64,000 nucleotides of DNA from Psammoneis japonica (GCA_008632985.1 QPGO01000278.1:1-64000); one strand, 5' to 3'. Numbered from the stretch's first letter, positions 1 through 13,172 are shown. The notes: generated from the sequence alone by a model not told the origin. Translations and numbers: made by a program.

Positions 1-2
1 AT

Positions 3-2880
3 ATGATTATTGGACGTGACATTCTGGAGACACAAGGCATTGATATTGTCTTCTCTAAACAGATGATAGAGTGGCCATTAGTCAATGGAGAAGTACCAAT
101 GAGGCACGTAGATGCTACGGTAGAAACCTCCTTCTATCTTCAAGATCCAGAAGCCTTATCTTCGGAAACCGACCGGATTTCGCGTATTTTAGACGCAAAG
201 TACGCGCCGGCCTGCCTCAAAGACATAACGCGAGAGGCAATAGGTCTTTCTATAGTTCAACAAAACGACCTTTTGGCACTATTGAAACGCCATGAGTCCT
301 TATTTGATGGGACATTAGGAGAATGGAAGGGAGAACCCTACCATATCCAACTCAAGGAGGGTGTAGAACCATACCACGCTCGTCCGTATAAAGTACCTCG
401 TGCGTACGAAGCTACGCTACGTAAAGAAGTAGAACGCCTAGTGCGTATCGGTGTTCTCAAACGCGTTAACCGATCCCAATGGGCAGCTCCATCATTTATC
501 ATACCGAAGAAAGATTTAACGGTACGCTTTATTTGATTTCAGAGAGCTGAATAAACGGATCAAGCGATTGCCTTATCCGATTCCTAACATCCAAGATATG
601 CTACTTAAGCTCAAGGCTTTATGTGGGCTACATCGCTGGATTTAAACATGGGCTATTATCATATCCGATTGGATACTGATAGTAAGAAGCTCTGCACGCT
701 CATCTTCCCGTGGGGCAAGTATGAGATGCAGGTGTTGCCCATGGGATTATGCAATTCGCCAGACATTTTCCAAGAACGCATGTCAGGCTTATTTGAAGAT
801 CTGTCGTTCATTCGAACGTACTTAGATGACCTTCTCGTCGTGACGAAAGGCACCTATGAAGATCACCTCAACAAACTTGAAGAAGTTTTGTTGAGGGTCC
901 AGAAAGCAGGACTAAAAGTTAACGCAACTAAATCTCACTTCTGTCAAACCCAATTAGAATGCTTGGGTTATCTGGTCAACAGAGACAGAATGTGACCAAT
1001 GCCTAATAAAGTCGACGCCATTAAGCGAATCGCGACCCCAACCAATGAACGCGACCTGCGTTCATTCATTGGTGTGGTGAACTGCTGCCGCGACACGTGG
1101 ATTAGATGTTCTGAAGTCTTGGCTCCACTGGCACGACTCACAAGCAAGACTGTTAAGTGGGAGTGGACGTCCGTTGAAGACGAGGCATTCGAAACCGTTA
1201 AACGGGTGACATCGGATGATGTTTTGTTGTCACATCCTGATTTTAGTGAACCCTTTGAGATGCATGCCGATGCCTCTAAATGTCAATTGGGGAGCAGTTA
1301 CATCCCAAGATGATAAACCTGTCGCCTTTTACAGCAGAAAGCTTGGCAGTGCGCAATTAAATTGTGCAACAACGGAGAGAGAATTGCTCGCCATTGTGGA
1401 GACGTTGAAAGAATTTCGAACGATTCTCCTTGGTCATCGTACAATTATACATGCTGATCATAAAAATCTTACGTACAAAGCATTCAATGCCGAGCGCGTT
1501 ATGCGCTGGCGGTTGACATGCGAAGAATGCGGTCCTGAATTACGCCATGTTAAGGGCACCCATAACCCAGTCGCTGACGCTCTTAGTCGCCTTCGACCAG
1601 CACCCAGCTTGCCTTCCGAGGCCAATCCAGATGTAAAAGACACTCCATCGAGTCGTCCTTTGCATGAAGCTTTTAATGCAGACGCACAAGATGAGACATC
1701 TCTGCCTGTTAGCTTCAAGCGCATTCAAAAAGCACAACAAAAGGACAAGCACCTGCTCTCACGAGCTGAGGACTCATCCGACTGCTCCATTCGCGCGTGT
1801 CGTGGGGGAGGGTCATCACGACAGTTAATCTGTCATAAGGACAAAATCGCAGTACCACAGTCATTGCAGGTTCCGCTAACTGAATGGCACCACGAGACAC
1901 TGTGTCATCCAGGTGAGACACGCACGGAAATGTCCATTGCCCAGCACTTCTGTTGGCCTGGCATGAGGTCTACGGTGCATTCTACGTGCGTTAAGTGCGA
2001 TCGATGCCAGAAGACAAAACGCCGAATGCAGCGTCATGGGAAGCTGCCAGAAAAGGTCGCAGAGATAATTCCATGGGAGACTCCATGCATGGATGTGATG
2101 GGGCCACATAAAATTCAAAGACGCGGAAAGGACACCTTGCAATTATGGGCAGTCACAATGATTGACCCAGCAACCGGGTGGTTCGAGATTAAAGAAGTGT
2201 CTATGAAATGCGCAGACGTCGCAGCAAACGTCGTGGAACAAACGTGGCTGTGCAGACATCCGTGGCCAACCCAGGTGGTTTATGACCGTGGGACAGAATT
2301 TATGGCAGAATTTAGCCAGATGATTAAAAATGACTATGGGATTTTGAAGAAACCCACAAGCAAACGGAATCCACAGGCGAATGCCATGGTGGAACGTGTG
2401 CGCCAGACACTTGGTAACATGGCACGTTCCTTTTCAGTGCAGGACATGGAACTGGACGAAGATGACCCATGGAGTGGCATCCTCTCCGCAGTGGCCTTCG
2501 CCATTAGAGCCACGGCACATGCAACCACGCGTGCAAGTCCCATGCAATTGGTCTTCGGACGCGATGCGGTTTTGTCTGTTGCCCATCGTGCTAAGTGGAA
2601 GCACATAGAAACCAGAAAGCAGAAGCTTGTCCACTTAAACAACAAGCGTGAAAATCAGAAATGCAAGGAGCATCAACACACCGTAGGGCAATTGGTGCTT
2701 GTCAAACAGGAACAATCCTCTAAGTGCGGTTCTGACAGCTGTGCAGGACCCGCCAGAGTTGTCCGTGCACATGACAACGGCACGTTGCATGTCCAGAACG
2801 GAGCGCTGACAGATGCGTGCAATCTACGGCAGATTGCACCCCATCACCAGCAAGACATCCTGTCACTTAACGGCCCTGAT
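3..2880 (+). pseudogene. pol: gypsy pol (protease tail, RT, RNase H, integrase) with frameshifts or stops near 535, 620, 993 and 1300
   Basis: ORFs 3-536, 621-995, 999-1313 and 1216-3018 carry consecutive gypsy pol motifs. Confidence 0.9.
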
Positions 2881-2890
2881 CATGGGGGAG

Positions 2891-3289
2891 TGTGCAGTGT
2901 GCCTCGCTGCTGGACAACACGGCGAGACCGTGCACAAGCCTCTTGTGCGTGGCAACGTAGTGTTGTTAACACGCACCTGGGAAGCACGACCACAGGAGGG
3001 CGTGGCTCCAGGTCTTAGACAATTCCAGAAGGATGCCAAGAGAGCATCCGTGTGAAGCACACTAGCCCGTCGTCTGGCCCACGATGGCAGCGTGATTCCA
3101 CACGATGACATCACTCGTGCATGGCGCGTGATGGCTTGATTCGCACGATCCACAATGCGAATGCACAATCGATTTAATGCGATCCAAATGCGAACGAACA
3201 GGGATTTGGCAAGATTCCCCATTCGCACGATCCCATTTTCTCCACTCTAAACTAGCTCATAATTTTCACAACGACAAAGTCATAACACA
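2891..3289 (+). repeat. Probable 3' LTR of G1
   Basis: Starts with TG directly after the PPT and ends ...CATAACACA where the opposite-strand ORF resumes. The partner LTR is not in the window, so the right end is approximate. Confidence 0.6.
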
Positions 3290-5891
3290 TCTTCTTTTTC
3301 AGCGCCTGGCACACACATGGGGCAGTGGATCTCTCTGCCTGCGGGGGTGGCGGCACTGCCAACGATGCCGGTGGCAGCTGGAAAGGCTCTCGGCCCAGAG
3401 TCCCCGAGCTCGGGCCATTGCCGAAGACCTGTTTGGTCTTCCAATGCTCCGTTGCCCACGTGAGGAGGTTTGCCTGGTCGCTCTCCGCGTGGTTGTTATG
3501 ATGGTCCGCTGCACACCCACAGTTTGAGTTGCACTGCCCTTTCAAGTGGTGCGGGAGGCACAGTGGGTTTCCTTGTGCGTCGACCAGCAGTGCGACCCCA
3601 TTCTGAGTGCAACGCTGCTTTACCTCCCGTGACCCAACATTGGGACAATCGCGGACGGCATTGAAACGTTCGTCGCATTGGGGGTTGCGCACTGGCGTGT
3701 TGTCGCCCGGTGCGCCTGGGCGTGGATTTTGTGCGGCACCACCCACGGGCTGGGCCAACGAGGGAGTCGTAGTGGTTGGGGCGGGCGCGCTCCCGGAAAC
3801 CACTGCAATTGTAGGGGGCAGCGTGCAACACCACGAATCGTTTCCCTTCAAAGCATCGCCCACCACTGGGCGCGCGTGGAATGGGACCGTGGTGTTGCAG
3901 GCTGTCTCCTGCAGCCGAAACCAAGATGTGAGCTCCACTTGCACACAACGCTGGATGTCCGCCACTGGCGTTGGATTCCGGGAGCACTCCACAGCCAGGT
4001 CCTCGGCGCACGTGTCCAGGTCCTGCCGGGAATCCGTGAAGTGCTGGACCACAGGGTGTCCCGCACCCAGCAGTGTTGCGAGTGCAACACGTGTGCTCTC
4101 CAAACAACATTGGAGCGATTCGATGGTGGTGGTCACGCGTGCGTTGTCAGGCATTTCCAGCACCATCGTGTCGGCAAGACTGGGCCGACTGTCACCTCCG
4201 TGGATCTGGCGGTACATGGCAGCACGGTGAGTGATTTGCTGCGCTTGCTCTGGGGTCATGAGACCAAATTGGTGCAGGTTGACTCCTTGGGCAGGGTCAT
4301 CTCTATTGTCTCCAGCAAAGTTGAGGCTCATCAATTTTGACACCAAACTTGCAGTGACCGGGATGCGGAAACGCACTCCCAAGGCGCGGCGCGTCTCATC
4401 AACTGCATTCTGGACCTCAGCAATGCATCCCGCCTTTGAAGCCCGCGCGAGGCGTGGCCACATGGGTGGCAGCTGATCTTCAGTGTACACTTGGCAAAGT
4501 CTCATAAGTTTGTACACGCCCAGATCGCCGAACGCTTGCACCGGCGTCTTTCCTTGCTCGGCGGCTCGCTGGTGTGCCTGTGCGTCAATGCGCGTCTGAC
4601 GCTGCTCGGTTGTGAGTCCATCGATCGCCCTCACTGCTGGTGCAATGTGATGGGGCGGAAGCACAAGCTCGTCACGCCCCGGCAGGTCGAAATTGACCTT
4701 CTGGTCGAAGTGCCGCATGAGCGCCGCGTTCGGGGGCTGGGGCATGGTTGGCCACTCTCCCGCAACGGCCGACACGTGGGGGTCCCCCGCCGTGGCGGTG
4801 CACGCAACCTTGAGATAGTCCAACAAAGGACGCATCGCGTCGACCTCGTTCCTGGCCGCAGCCGCTCCAAGAATTCATGTGAAGGCTTGCTTTGGGGACA
4901 GACCCCCTGGGAGAAGCATGTTCACGTAGGTGAACGGAACGTGCATCGTGAATCGCGCACGTGCTTCCACCGTGTTTGCTGCATTCAGGTCCGCGGGGCC
5001 TGCCAACCCTTCAGGGTGCGCCGTGATCTCCGTAGCCATCCCCGCGTCGTCTGGCACAAATGTGCCAGCGGCGGCGAGGCCCATCTCCTCTGGTGGACAC
5101 GGGACCACTGTGAACTGGTTGGCGACCAGGTCCCCGGCTAGGGCATGGGTGTTTCCGTCCCACGGCTGTGCAGGCCCGATGATGGCAGTCGGGCAGGTTG
5201 AAACGTGGTGGTGCACCTGAATCGACCCTTCGTCTGGCACGCCCTGCGCGCGGCAGAGGCGCACTGATGCCATCGGCATGTTGTGCTTGGACGCCGCTGA
5301 CACCCTCTGTGCTGGGGCTTGTGGGTTGTAACGGGAGGCCCCCTGTGCACGGGCCGCAAAGTCAATCATGGGCTCCGTGTGGACCCCTTGGTGGGGGTCC
5401 TTGGTGTTTGTCGTGAAAAAATCTTGGCAGGTCCTGGGGTTCCCTTGTTGGGGAACCTGGGCTGCGCCGGCTGGTGGTGCCGGTTGGGCAGCTGCTTGTG
5501 GCTGCACGCCTGGTTGCCCCGCTTGTGGCACGGGGTGCAACGGCGGTGGCGGCACTCCCGGCGGTGGTTGCGGTGGTTGCCCGGGCGGTTGCCCGTTGCC
5601 AGGATTCACGGTGTTTGGTGGTTGGTCATTCATGCTGCGTGCCGTGTCGAATTCTTTCTGTGATAGAACAAAGACGGTGGAGGTGTCCTGCGTCGCGGTC
5701 TTACAGCGATTAAACTGTGCTGACGACAGCGGCTTGTCTTTGTCGATCTTGAAAGAATGAGACAAGCCAGTGACCGAAGAAAAACAACAACCAACCCTTA
5801 CAGCACATTCAACGTGCGTACGTGGTTCAACAGGCAATGGGTCTTCTCCCCGATTCTGGCACTGGATGAGGACAGCACGACGTTTTGACAT
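3290..5891 (-). pseudogene. Gag-like ORF, probably of a tyrosine-recombinase (DIRS/Ngaro-like) retroelement, 3'-truncated at G1
   Basis: ORFs 4875-5891 and 3252-4835 are in one frame, separated by a single TGA. Pro/Gln-rich N-terminus (MNDQPPNTVNPG..) and a C-terminal Cys/His finger LCLPHHLKGQCNSNCGCAADH. The family call is from resemblance only; no RT or YR is present. Confidence 0.5.
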
Positions 5892-7069
5892 CCCCCGTAA
5901 GACGACCTGTGATGGTCAGATGAGAATTGTGCGTGATCGGCTCACCAAAGGGACCCTAAAGATGCCACCATTTGCACTCAACAATCGATTTTGACCAAAT
6001 GCACACTTTTTGCCGCACCCGAGTGTTGCCTGGTGAATCCGTGGATGCGGTGTTAACAACGAACGGGATGTCACAGCCCGGCGACTTCTGATTTTAAGAT
6101 GGTCCAAGATTTCAAGTCAAGTCTGGCTCAAGTCAAGTCTTTTTCAAGCCAAGTTACAAGTCAAAACTCCGAGTCAAGACCGCGCTCTAGATTGGTTCCT
6201 GTCTTTTGTTTCTGCTGCACCGTCCTCCGTCATGGTTCTCACGTGACAGCAACAAACCGACAGCTTTAAATACATTCTAGGCACTGTGCTCAATCAAGAC
6301 GATGACAGCCCTCTTCGTTCTGCCCTGTCCATCAACGGGATTGAATCGTGTGAGGAATTGTTCACGTTCTTACCCACCCAAATTGATGCCCTCACTTACA
6401 GAGATGGCGCCAATGCAGTTCCTTTGCCACGGACCTACAGAAACCTCCTAGCAGCATTGATCAGCTTCTACTTTGTCAAAGTTTGCAACGGTGATGATGT
6501 GACCAATGAACCCCAGTTGCTTGCACCCGAGGAATTTTGCGACTGCCGCCTTGGTCCGGACTGCTTGACCTCTCTAGCCACTGGCGCAGCACCCTCCGCA
6601 CCTGTGCCGAGTCCCTTGCCATCCAAACCAGGTGAACCCAGCGCCATTTTGACACCAGCCTTGCACTGTGCCACCACTCAGGTGTCCCCAAGAAGTGGTG
6701 TCAGTCGCGCCCCACATGTCTTGACCAACCCGCCTGCAAGCAAACTCGGCCCAGTGCAGGATTGCAGCCCTTGCGCAGGCCCGCACTTCGAAACCAGTTG
6801 GGACACTACACCCATGGCTTCCAAAGCTGCAGCCTTTGCACCCCGCAAACCACGTGCTGCCAACCTCCACGTGTTGACCACTGTCACCCTTCACGACCTT
6901 CATTTGGGAAGTGATGGAGATGACAACTTGCTTCTTGCATCTCCTGATGGGGAGCCTCCTTTTCCCGTCATTGAAGCTGTTCACAACAGTTCAACCGGTT
7001 CATCAGATGGGGAGTTCAGGACATCCAAGCAGCTTCATTGTCTTTAGATCCTCCAAGCATCGCACCACG

Positions 7070-7640
7070 AGACGAGGCCTTCTGATTGGATGCCCCAAGT
7101 CTCGCACCTTGAGACCAGGCCTCCTGACTGGATGCCTCAAGTCTCGTGCCTCGAGACTGGGCCTCCTGGTTGGATGCCCCAAGTCTCGTGCCTTGAGACG
7201 AGGCCTCCGGATTGGATCCCTCAAGTCTCGTACCTTGAGACCAGGTCTCCTGATTGGATGTCCCAAGTCTCGTACCTCGAGACTGGGCCTCCTGATCGGA
7301 TGCCTCAAGTCTCGTACATCGAGACTGGGCCTCCAGATTGGATCCTCCATGTCTCGCACCTCAAGACTCGGCCTCCGGATTGGATCCCTCAAGCCTTGCG
7401 CCACAAGACTCGGCCTCCTAATTGGATCCCCCAAGTCTCGCACCTCAAGACTTGGCCTCCTGATTGGATCCCCGAAGACTCGTGTCACAAGACTGGCAAG
7501 TCCTTTTGGATTCCAGAAGTCTTGCAGCACGGGACTGGTTGCCCCAATCAGACATCTGCAGTCTTGCACCACAAGATGTCTTGCTCCAATCCGATCCCCA
7601 AAGGCTTGCACCTTGAGACTCGTTCCTCCAATTGGATCAG
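7070..7640 (+). repeat. 42-bp tandem repeat, about 14 units, each with an internal hairpin
   Basis: Unit is approximately TGGATGCCCCAAGTCTCGTACCTCGAGACTGGGCCTCCTGAT; TGGAT recurs at 7087, 7129, 7171, 7213... The 14-aa repeat MPQVS.LET.PPDW appears in the ORF track. Confidence 0.95.
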
Positions 7641-8068
7641 TCTCTCAGGAGATGCAGCTGAGCTTGCAATCGGATTGGTGGAACACAAGACCACCGCTTG
7701 TGCCTTTGAACTCATGCTTGCTCTGTTCCCCAAGTCATGCAAACGCCATGCCACCCTGCTCAAGCACTGCTCTGTTTTTCTAGCAGCAGCCCAGTGTGGC
7801 AACCGTTCCAAGAACCAACAGATGGCTGTCATTCTTTGCGACCTTCGCTCAGGGAGTGAAGGTGATGTTAACTTGTTTGCATTGTCCTGCGATGTTGCCC
7901 CACTGTTCAACATTGTCAACCAGACCAAGCTTTGCTCCTTCCATTGCAAGTGCGGATGTGGAATCCCACAAGATCCCAAGTGTGCCTTGAGCTTTGAAAA
8001 GCACAACAGCATCTGCAATTGGGGAGACGCAGCTCATCTCAAGATGACCCACTTGGAGAATGCAACTG

Positions 8069-8251
8069 TGCGCACGATGCAGTTTGCTTTCGAGCCACTT
8101 GGCTCACAAGAATGACAACAGCAGCCCGATTGCACCAACTTGCATGTCTTTCAGCTCCTGCAACGGTCTCTGAGCGGAGACTCATCTGCCATTTAGACAG
8201 CAGTGAGGAGTTGTTGTTTGAATTCTTGCCATTTGCCTTCAATTTCTGTCA
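8069..8251 (+). repeat. Partial family A LTR (3' two thirds)
   Basis: Reverse complement of 48582-48765; ends TTCAATTTCTGTCA. Confidence 0.9.
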
Positions 8252-9289
8252 AGGCGCCTCAGATTCGGCCGCCCTTCACGCAGACAACTGTGCCAAGGGT
8301 TGCACTGCTACACTGTCACTTGGTCGGGTGAAGACCTCCAGCACAGCTGCCATGAAGCATGCAAGCCTAAAGGGTGTTTTTCTTCTGAGGATTGGGTGCC
8401 AAGCAAAGTGAGAGACAAGGAAGACACAGGCGTCGTGGAAGACTGTCTGAAGCCGGCTACAAGGACAGAAACGATGCTGCTGCTCCTGACACTTTTGGCA
8501 GTTCAGAAGTGCTGCCTCACAGTGATTCAGAATCTGCAACTGGTGATCATGGCAGAACCATGGGCTCCGGTGAGAAATTGGTCTGCATTGATCTGTTGGA
8601 TGATTTTGCAAATGTGAGCTCCAGCAGTCCAGCAGCAACCATCGGAATCAGGCAATCCTTGAAAACACAACCAAAACGTGGACATCATGTTGGGTGTTCA
8701 GGGGAGCTTCTTTAGCAGCAATGGGTGTTGACACAAGATTCTAAGACACCAATTTGATGGTTTGTGGAGAGCATGATCGGATGATCGGGATTGGGAAATC
8801 CGCGAAAACGCAACGCCACTGGCATGTTGGGTGGCCCCATTTCGTTGTGTGGGAGTTGCTCGAGCAGCAATTGCCATTTTAGACTTCAAAGCAATGCTTT
8901 GTTGAGCATTTCTGTTAGAAGGCACCTGGAATCGAGAGTTGCACTAGAGTCAAAACCTGGAATCGAGAGTTGTGGCGAGTGCACTGTGCACAGCGACAAA
9001 CAGCATCACATCCAGTTGCAGTTGTCCCAGCTCAGACAATGTTTCAAACCCTTGCACTTGTCGTTCACTGATGGGCAGGCATTGTGAGTGTCCCACAGGA
9101 GACAGTTTGGCACTCTTTTTTTGTTTCCAGCGCCTCGACTGAATGCATGTTTTTTTGATGCCGCCAACACACAAAAGACACCGTTTGTGGTCATTTTCAT
9201 GTTCAAAACTTCTCTGTCAACAAAGGACAGCTGAGGGCACTCCACATCTCCTGCTTGCGCCTCTTCCTCTGTTTCTTTCCACCGGCTTG

Positions 9290-9840
9290 ACCTTCCATTT
9301 GGGTGGGCTGTGGGCTGGTGGATGGTGGAGGCGTTTGTTGTGTCGCTGGGTCGGCAACAGCGACATGGAGACAAACAATTGCTGTCATAAAAATGCCTTC
9401 TGCTGTTGATCCTTTTGATCAAACCTCACCAATGGGAGCAGAACAAATGATTCATTGGCAAGCATTGGCAAGCATTGGCAAGCATTGGCAAGCATTGACA
9501 GCAGGACAGTTGCAATGACCAAACGAATGTTTGTGAGATGCATGACGTTGGCGCAACACGACAAAGAACATTGACATTTTGCGACTTGCCCGTGGCACTG
9601 AAACCCTGGTTTTCTTCCATGCTGGCACCACACATCATTTGCTGGGATTGCACGCTTCTTTTCGTCAGCTTTTTCTTCCATTTGGGTGGGCGTAGAGGCG
9701 TTTGGGGCATCGCTGCTGATTGGCAATGGCGACATTGAGGTGCAATTGTTGTTGTCACAAAACACTTTCTGCTGGCGATCCTTTTCGCCAAATGTCAGCA
9801 ACAGGAGCAGAACAAATGATTTGTTGAAAAGGATTGCCAG
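9290..9840. repeat. Diverged local duplication (9290-9465 vs 9675-9840) with a (AGCATTGGCA)n microarray
   Basis: Shared blocks cttccatttgggtggg, gaggcgtttg, gatccttt and ggagcagaacaaatgatt. The 10-mer is repeated about 4 times at 9452-9497. Confidence 0.75.
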
Positions 9841-12254
9841 CAGAACAGCTGCAACAAGGTTGGCACACAACAGACTGAAATGGATTTCATTGCGGCGATT
9901 GACACGAGAAGGGCTGTGCTCAACTCAAAAAAGTTGCTCAAGCGGATGGACATACAGACTTGCGGGGGGTCACCGTCAAGCAAGTGGGCGTGCCGGAGTT
10001 TTCGGCCCGTTTGCTTTCTACGTGGCCTGGTGCAACCCAAATCTGTGTAGATTCAGTGCATTTTGCCCTGTGGAACAGTTTTTGGGAGTGTTCTCTGGCT
10101 CGCGGCTCAAAATGACACGCAAAAAACACGGACAGTGGTGTTTCACCGATTTGAAAAATGCAACCGTCTCTGAGGTTGGAACCTGTGTGCTCTCAAAGGA
10201 ATTTGGTGCGTCACATCATAAGATGTGAGATGAGCTTGAGAATGTCCAGGTTCATGTGGGCAGATCATGGTGAAATTTTGAACTGAAGATTGGTGTTGAC
10301 ACCGCCGATTTTGTTGCATCAACACGCAACTCATGCATCACCATTCATGCTGTGCATTTCGTTGAGCACTCACACATTCACATTCTGTCAACTTGCACAC
10401 ATCATGTTGTCTTTTCTCATTGTTGTTTTGTTCTGCAGGGTCCATCTTGCCATGAGCCATCCCCGAGAGAGAAATGCTTGCTTTGAATGTCACTTCCACC
10501 TTGCAACGGCCATGGCAGTCTGACGACAAGTCCAAGTCACAAATGCAGCATCAGGATGACTTCATGACAAATGTGGAAGCTTGGGTCTGTGGTGTCTGAA
10601 GATGTTCAAGCTCTTGACAGCTCAGATTTGTCACCAAGCAATTTTGCTGTGCATTTGACGTGCATCCAGAAGGTGATGATGCAAAGTTTCACTCAACAGA
10701 GAAATGCACCGCGGCAATTGTGAAGGGGTGGATTGTTTCTTCATTTTACAAGGCAGTTTACAAGCCAGAAACATGTGACTGGTTTGCCTGCATTGTCAGC
10801 CAGCACAACAAATTTGGAGGTGAAAGGCAATGCACAGTGCACAAACAACGAACCAAGCCTCAAAAGTGCAGCAGGCTAGCCAGAGAGTTTGCACCAACAG
10901 GAAGAACTGGCTTTGCCATTTGTCATGGGACAGCAGAGATTTTGTTTCATTGGGGTGACAAGTCTCCATTGCTGTTCTAGAGTGACCAGCATTGGTTTGG
11001 CCATTGCAGCCTTCATGCATGCCCACCTCTTGACAATCTGTTTTGTTCTGAGATTGTGCAATGAAAAACCTTTGTTTGCAATGTTCCATCACAAGAGAGA
11101 GCCAACAGAAAGACACTGATGATGACAGTGAAGGACACCATTTTGATGCACTGTCATCTGGTGGTGTGGTTGATGGAGTGCAGTGCTTTCTGTTTTGTGC
11201 TGCTGCTGTGCAGGAATGCACGTGCTTGGCTCTTGGGCAGCTCCTGTGTAAAAAGTGAACCAGGCCATCTCCGGACCGCCCTCTTAAGAATCCATGCATC
11301 CGGGTTTCTTTTGGCACTTTTCATCGCCACGTCCTGGTTGCTTGAGGTTGCATCTTGGATGGTTTCACACATTTGCCACATGGAAAGCTGCACAAATTTG
11401 CAGTGCATGACGTCACAACTTGATCTTGCCTCCAACGCAATGCTGAACGAACGAACAAAAACACCACTTCTCCCACCATGGGACTTGGTCGTCCATGCGT
11501 TGACAGCCGCGTGGTCGATCAAGTTGAGAGTGTTGTCACACAACAACAAGACAGTGCTTGATGCGATCAATGTGTTGGATTCATTGTTGCTGTTGACCAT
11601 CATGCCACATTCAGACATGCCAAGAGGCAGTGTGTTTGCTGACTTTTTGCAATGCTCTCACGACGGCGGCACACATGAGTGCACACGTCTGCAATCGTTC
11701 AGTTCATTTCCACTGTGGATGGCACAATTGCATGTGATGAATGCACACAGAGTGTTTGTGCCATGATCTTTGTCTCGTGACAGGAACAGAAATTGGGATT
11801 TGCTTGAGACAGTGATGCCATTGACCATCACACTGTTTTTGACATTTAACACAGTCTTCGTCATCACTCATGTGCCACAACTCATCAATTTGGAAGTGTT
11901 TTGCTTCATGCTTTTTCAATCAACTTTCCTGTGAATGCTTTTGGCATCCTCTCTGCATGTTGAAAGTTCTCGCACTCGTGAAGCCTTGGTCTCTTGTGCC
12001 CCACAGTGCAGCTGCAGCTTGGCTGTGTGACGCAGCATGTGACATGTGCTTTGTCACGGGACAGTGTGTGAAACCAAACATTGTGGCAGATTAGAGAGAC
12101 AAACCATCAGAAAATGGATTTGGAATGAGCTCGTTGAGCTGGCTCCAAATCCGTGCTCAAATGGTTTGTCTCGGCTGTCCTTGCTTGTGTCTGTGCATCG
12201 TGCAGACGGAAACTTAATTTGCCATAAATGGACATGCTAACTGGCCATCCACCC

Positions 12255-13172
12255 TCCTGCTGGATTCAACTTAGAATCAATTGAAGGGTCCTGTGGACGC
12301 TCTTCATGAACCTCTTGGGTCTGGTGGACCCTTTCTTGCTGCTGAGAGCCTTTGGTTTCTTCAGATTGTCTCGAAAATGACAACTCTGATTCTGAAGTGC
12401 ATTTCCTCAGAAGACATGAGCCAAGAGATGCTCAAACCACTTTCAACGGTTCCTTCTTGCTCTTTGGACTCAAGGCTTGTCAATTGGGCCTCAAAAAACT
12501 CTCCAACAGTCTCTCCTTTCATGGTGGATGTGTTTCTTGGACCTGATTGACTCATGACCTGAAACTCCATCCAACCATGACTTGGCGCAGATGTTTCGAC
12601 AATGCTGTGCACTTGCAGAGTCCTTGATCCTGAGTCACTTGAGCTGGATCACATCAGAACAAATCCTCTTGTCTTGCAGATGAAAAACAGGGCTCCATCT
12701 TGAGGTGCTGCTCGGATTGAGCTGCCTCCACTCAGAAATCGATTCCAGCAGAACCAACGCATTTCATGCCTGCTCATGGAAGAATTTACAAAGGCACATT
12801 GGTTGAAATTTTCATTTTCCATGTTTTTACCTTCTGTGGTGTGCACACACAATTGCACTGTGCTTGAAGAACGAGTGTGAACGAAAGTGGAGTCAAGCAT
12901 GAAAAGTGAAAATTATGAGACCAAATTTTGCTCTGTGATTTTTGGTTTCTCCGAACAAGTTCTCAATGGCCCAAAGCTTCTGCACTGCTTCCACAGACAA
13001 AAGGCCTGTTGGAGAATGTGCTCGTGACAACAGATTGTCCGGGTGCTGTTGCTGTTGACACGCAAGATGTCAACATCATCAATCGATTGTGTTTGCAATT
13101 TTTGACATCCGATCAACTCTGTGTGATCGTTCTGTCCTTTGTGCGCATCCATGACTGTGGTGTGATTGACGC
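12255..13172. repeat. Dispersed repeat R1 copy 1 (unclassified, about 900 bp)
   Basis: Collinear high similarity with 18170-19083, e.g. gaacgaaagtgga.tcaagcatgaaaagtgaaaatt. Confidence 0.9.

Larger units (their letters stand above)
1..3289 (+). mobile_element. Ty3/gypsy LTR retrotransposon G1 (5' part outside the window): pol, PPT and 3' LTR
   Basis: Domain order PR-RT-RNaseH-IN: MIIGRDIL, YHARPYKVP, WAAPSFIIPKK, LDLNMGYYHI, YLDDLL, AFYSRKL, ERELLAIVE, VADALSRL, HHETLCHPG..C..C, YDRGTEF, PQANAMVE. PPT GGGGGAG at 2884-2890 is followed by TG. Confidence 0.93.
6050..8251 (+). mobile_element. Copia family A copy A1: internally deleted, non-autonomous derivative
   Basis: 5' UTR (aacaacgaacgggat..cggcgacttctgattttaag) and gag start MVLT*QQQTDSFKYILGTVL at 6232 match copy A4. 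Then short collinear pieces of gag and pol (LHDL.LGSDGD, SPDGE, NQTKLCSF..CKCGCGIP..WGDA) and a partial family A LTR. Confidence 0.8.

Noticed and set aside
7070..7640. CRISPR array
   Set aside because: Palindromic units are contiguous with no unique spacers, there are no cas genes, and the context is a eukaryotic retroelement.
10230..12090. Helitron Rep (MHCHLVVWL resembles the HUH motif)
   Set aside because: A single short motif in TG/CA-saturated sequence with no other Rep or helicase motifs. The region is left unassigned.
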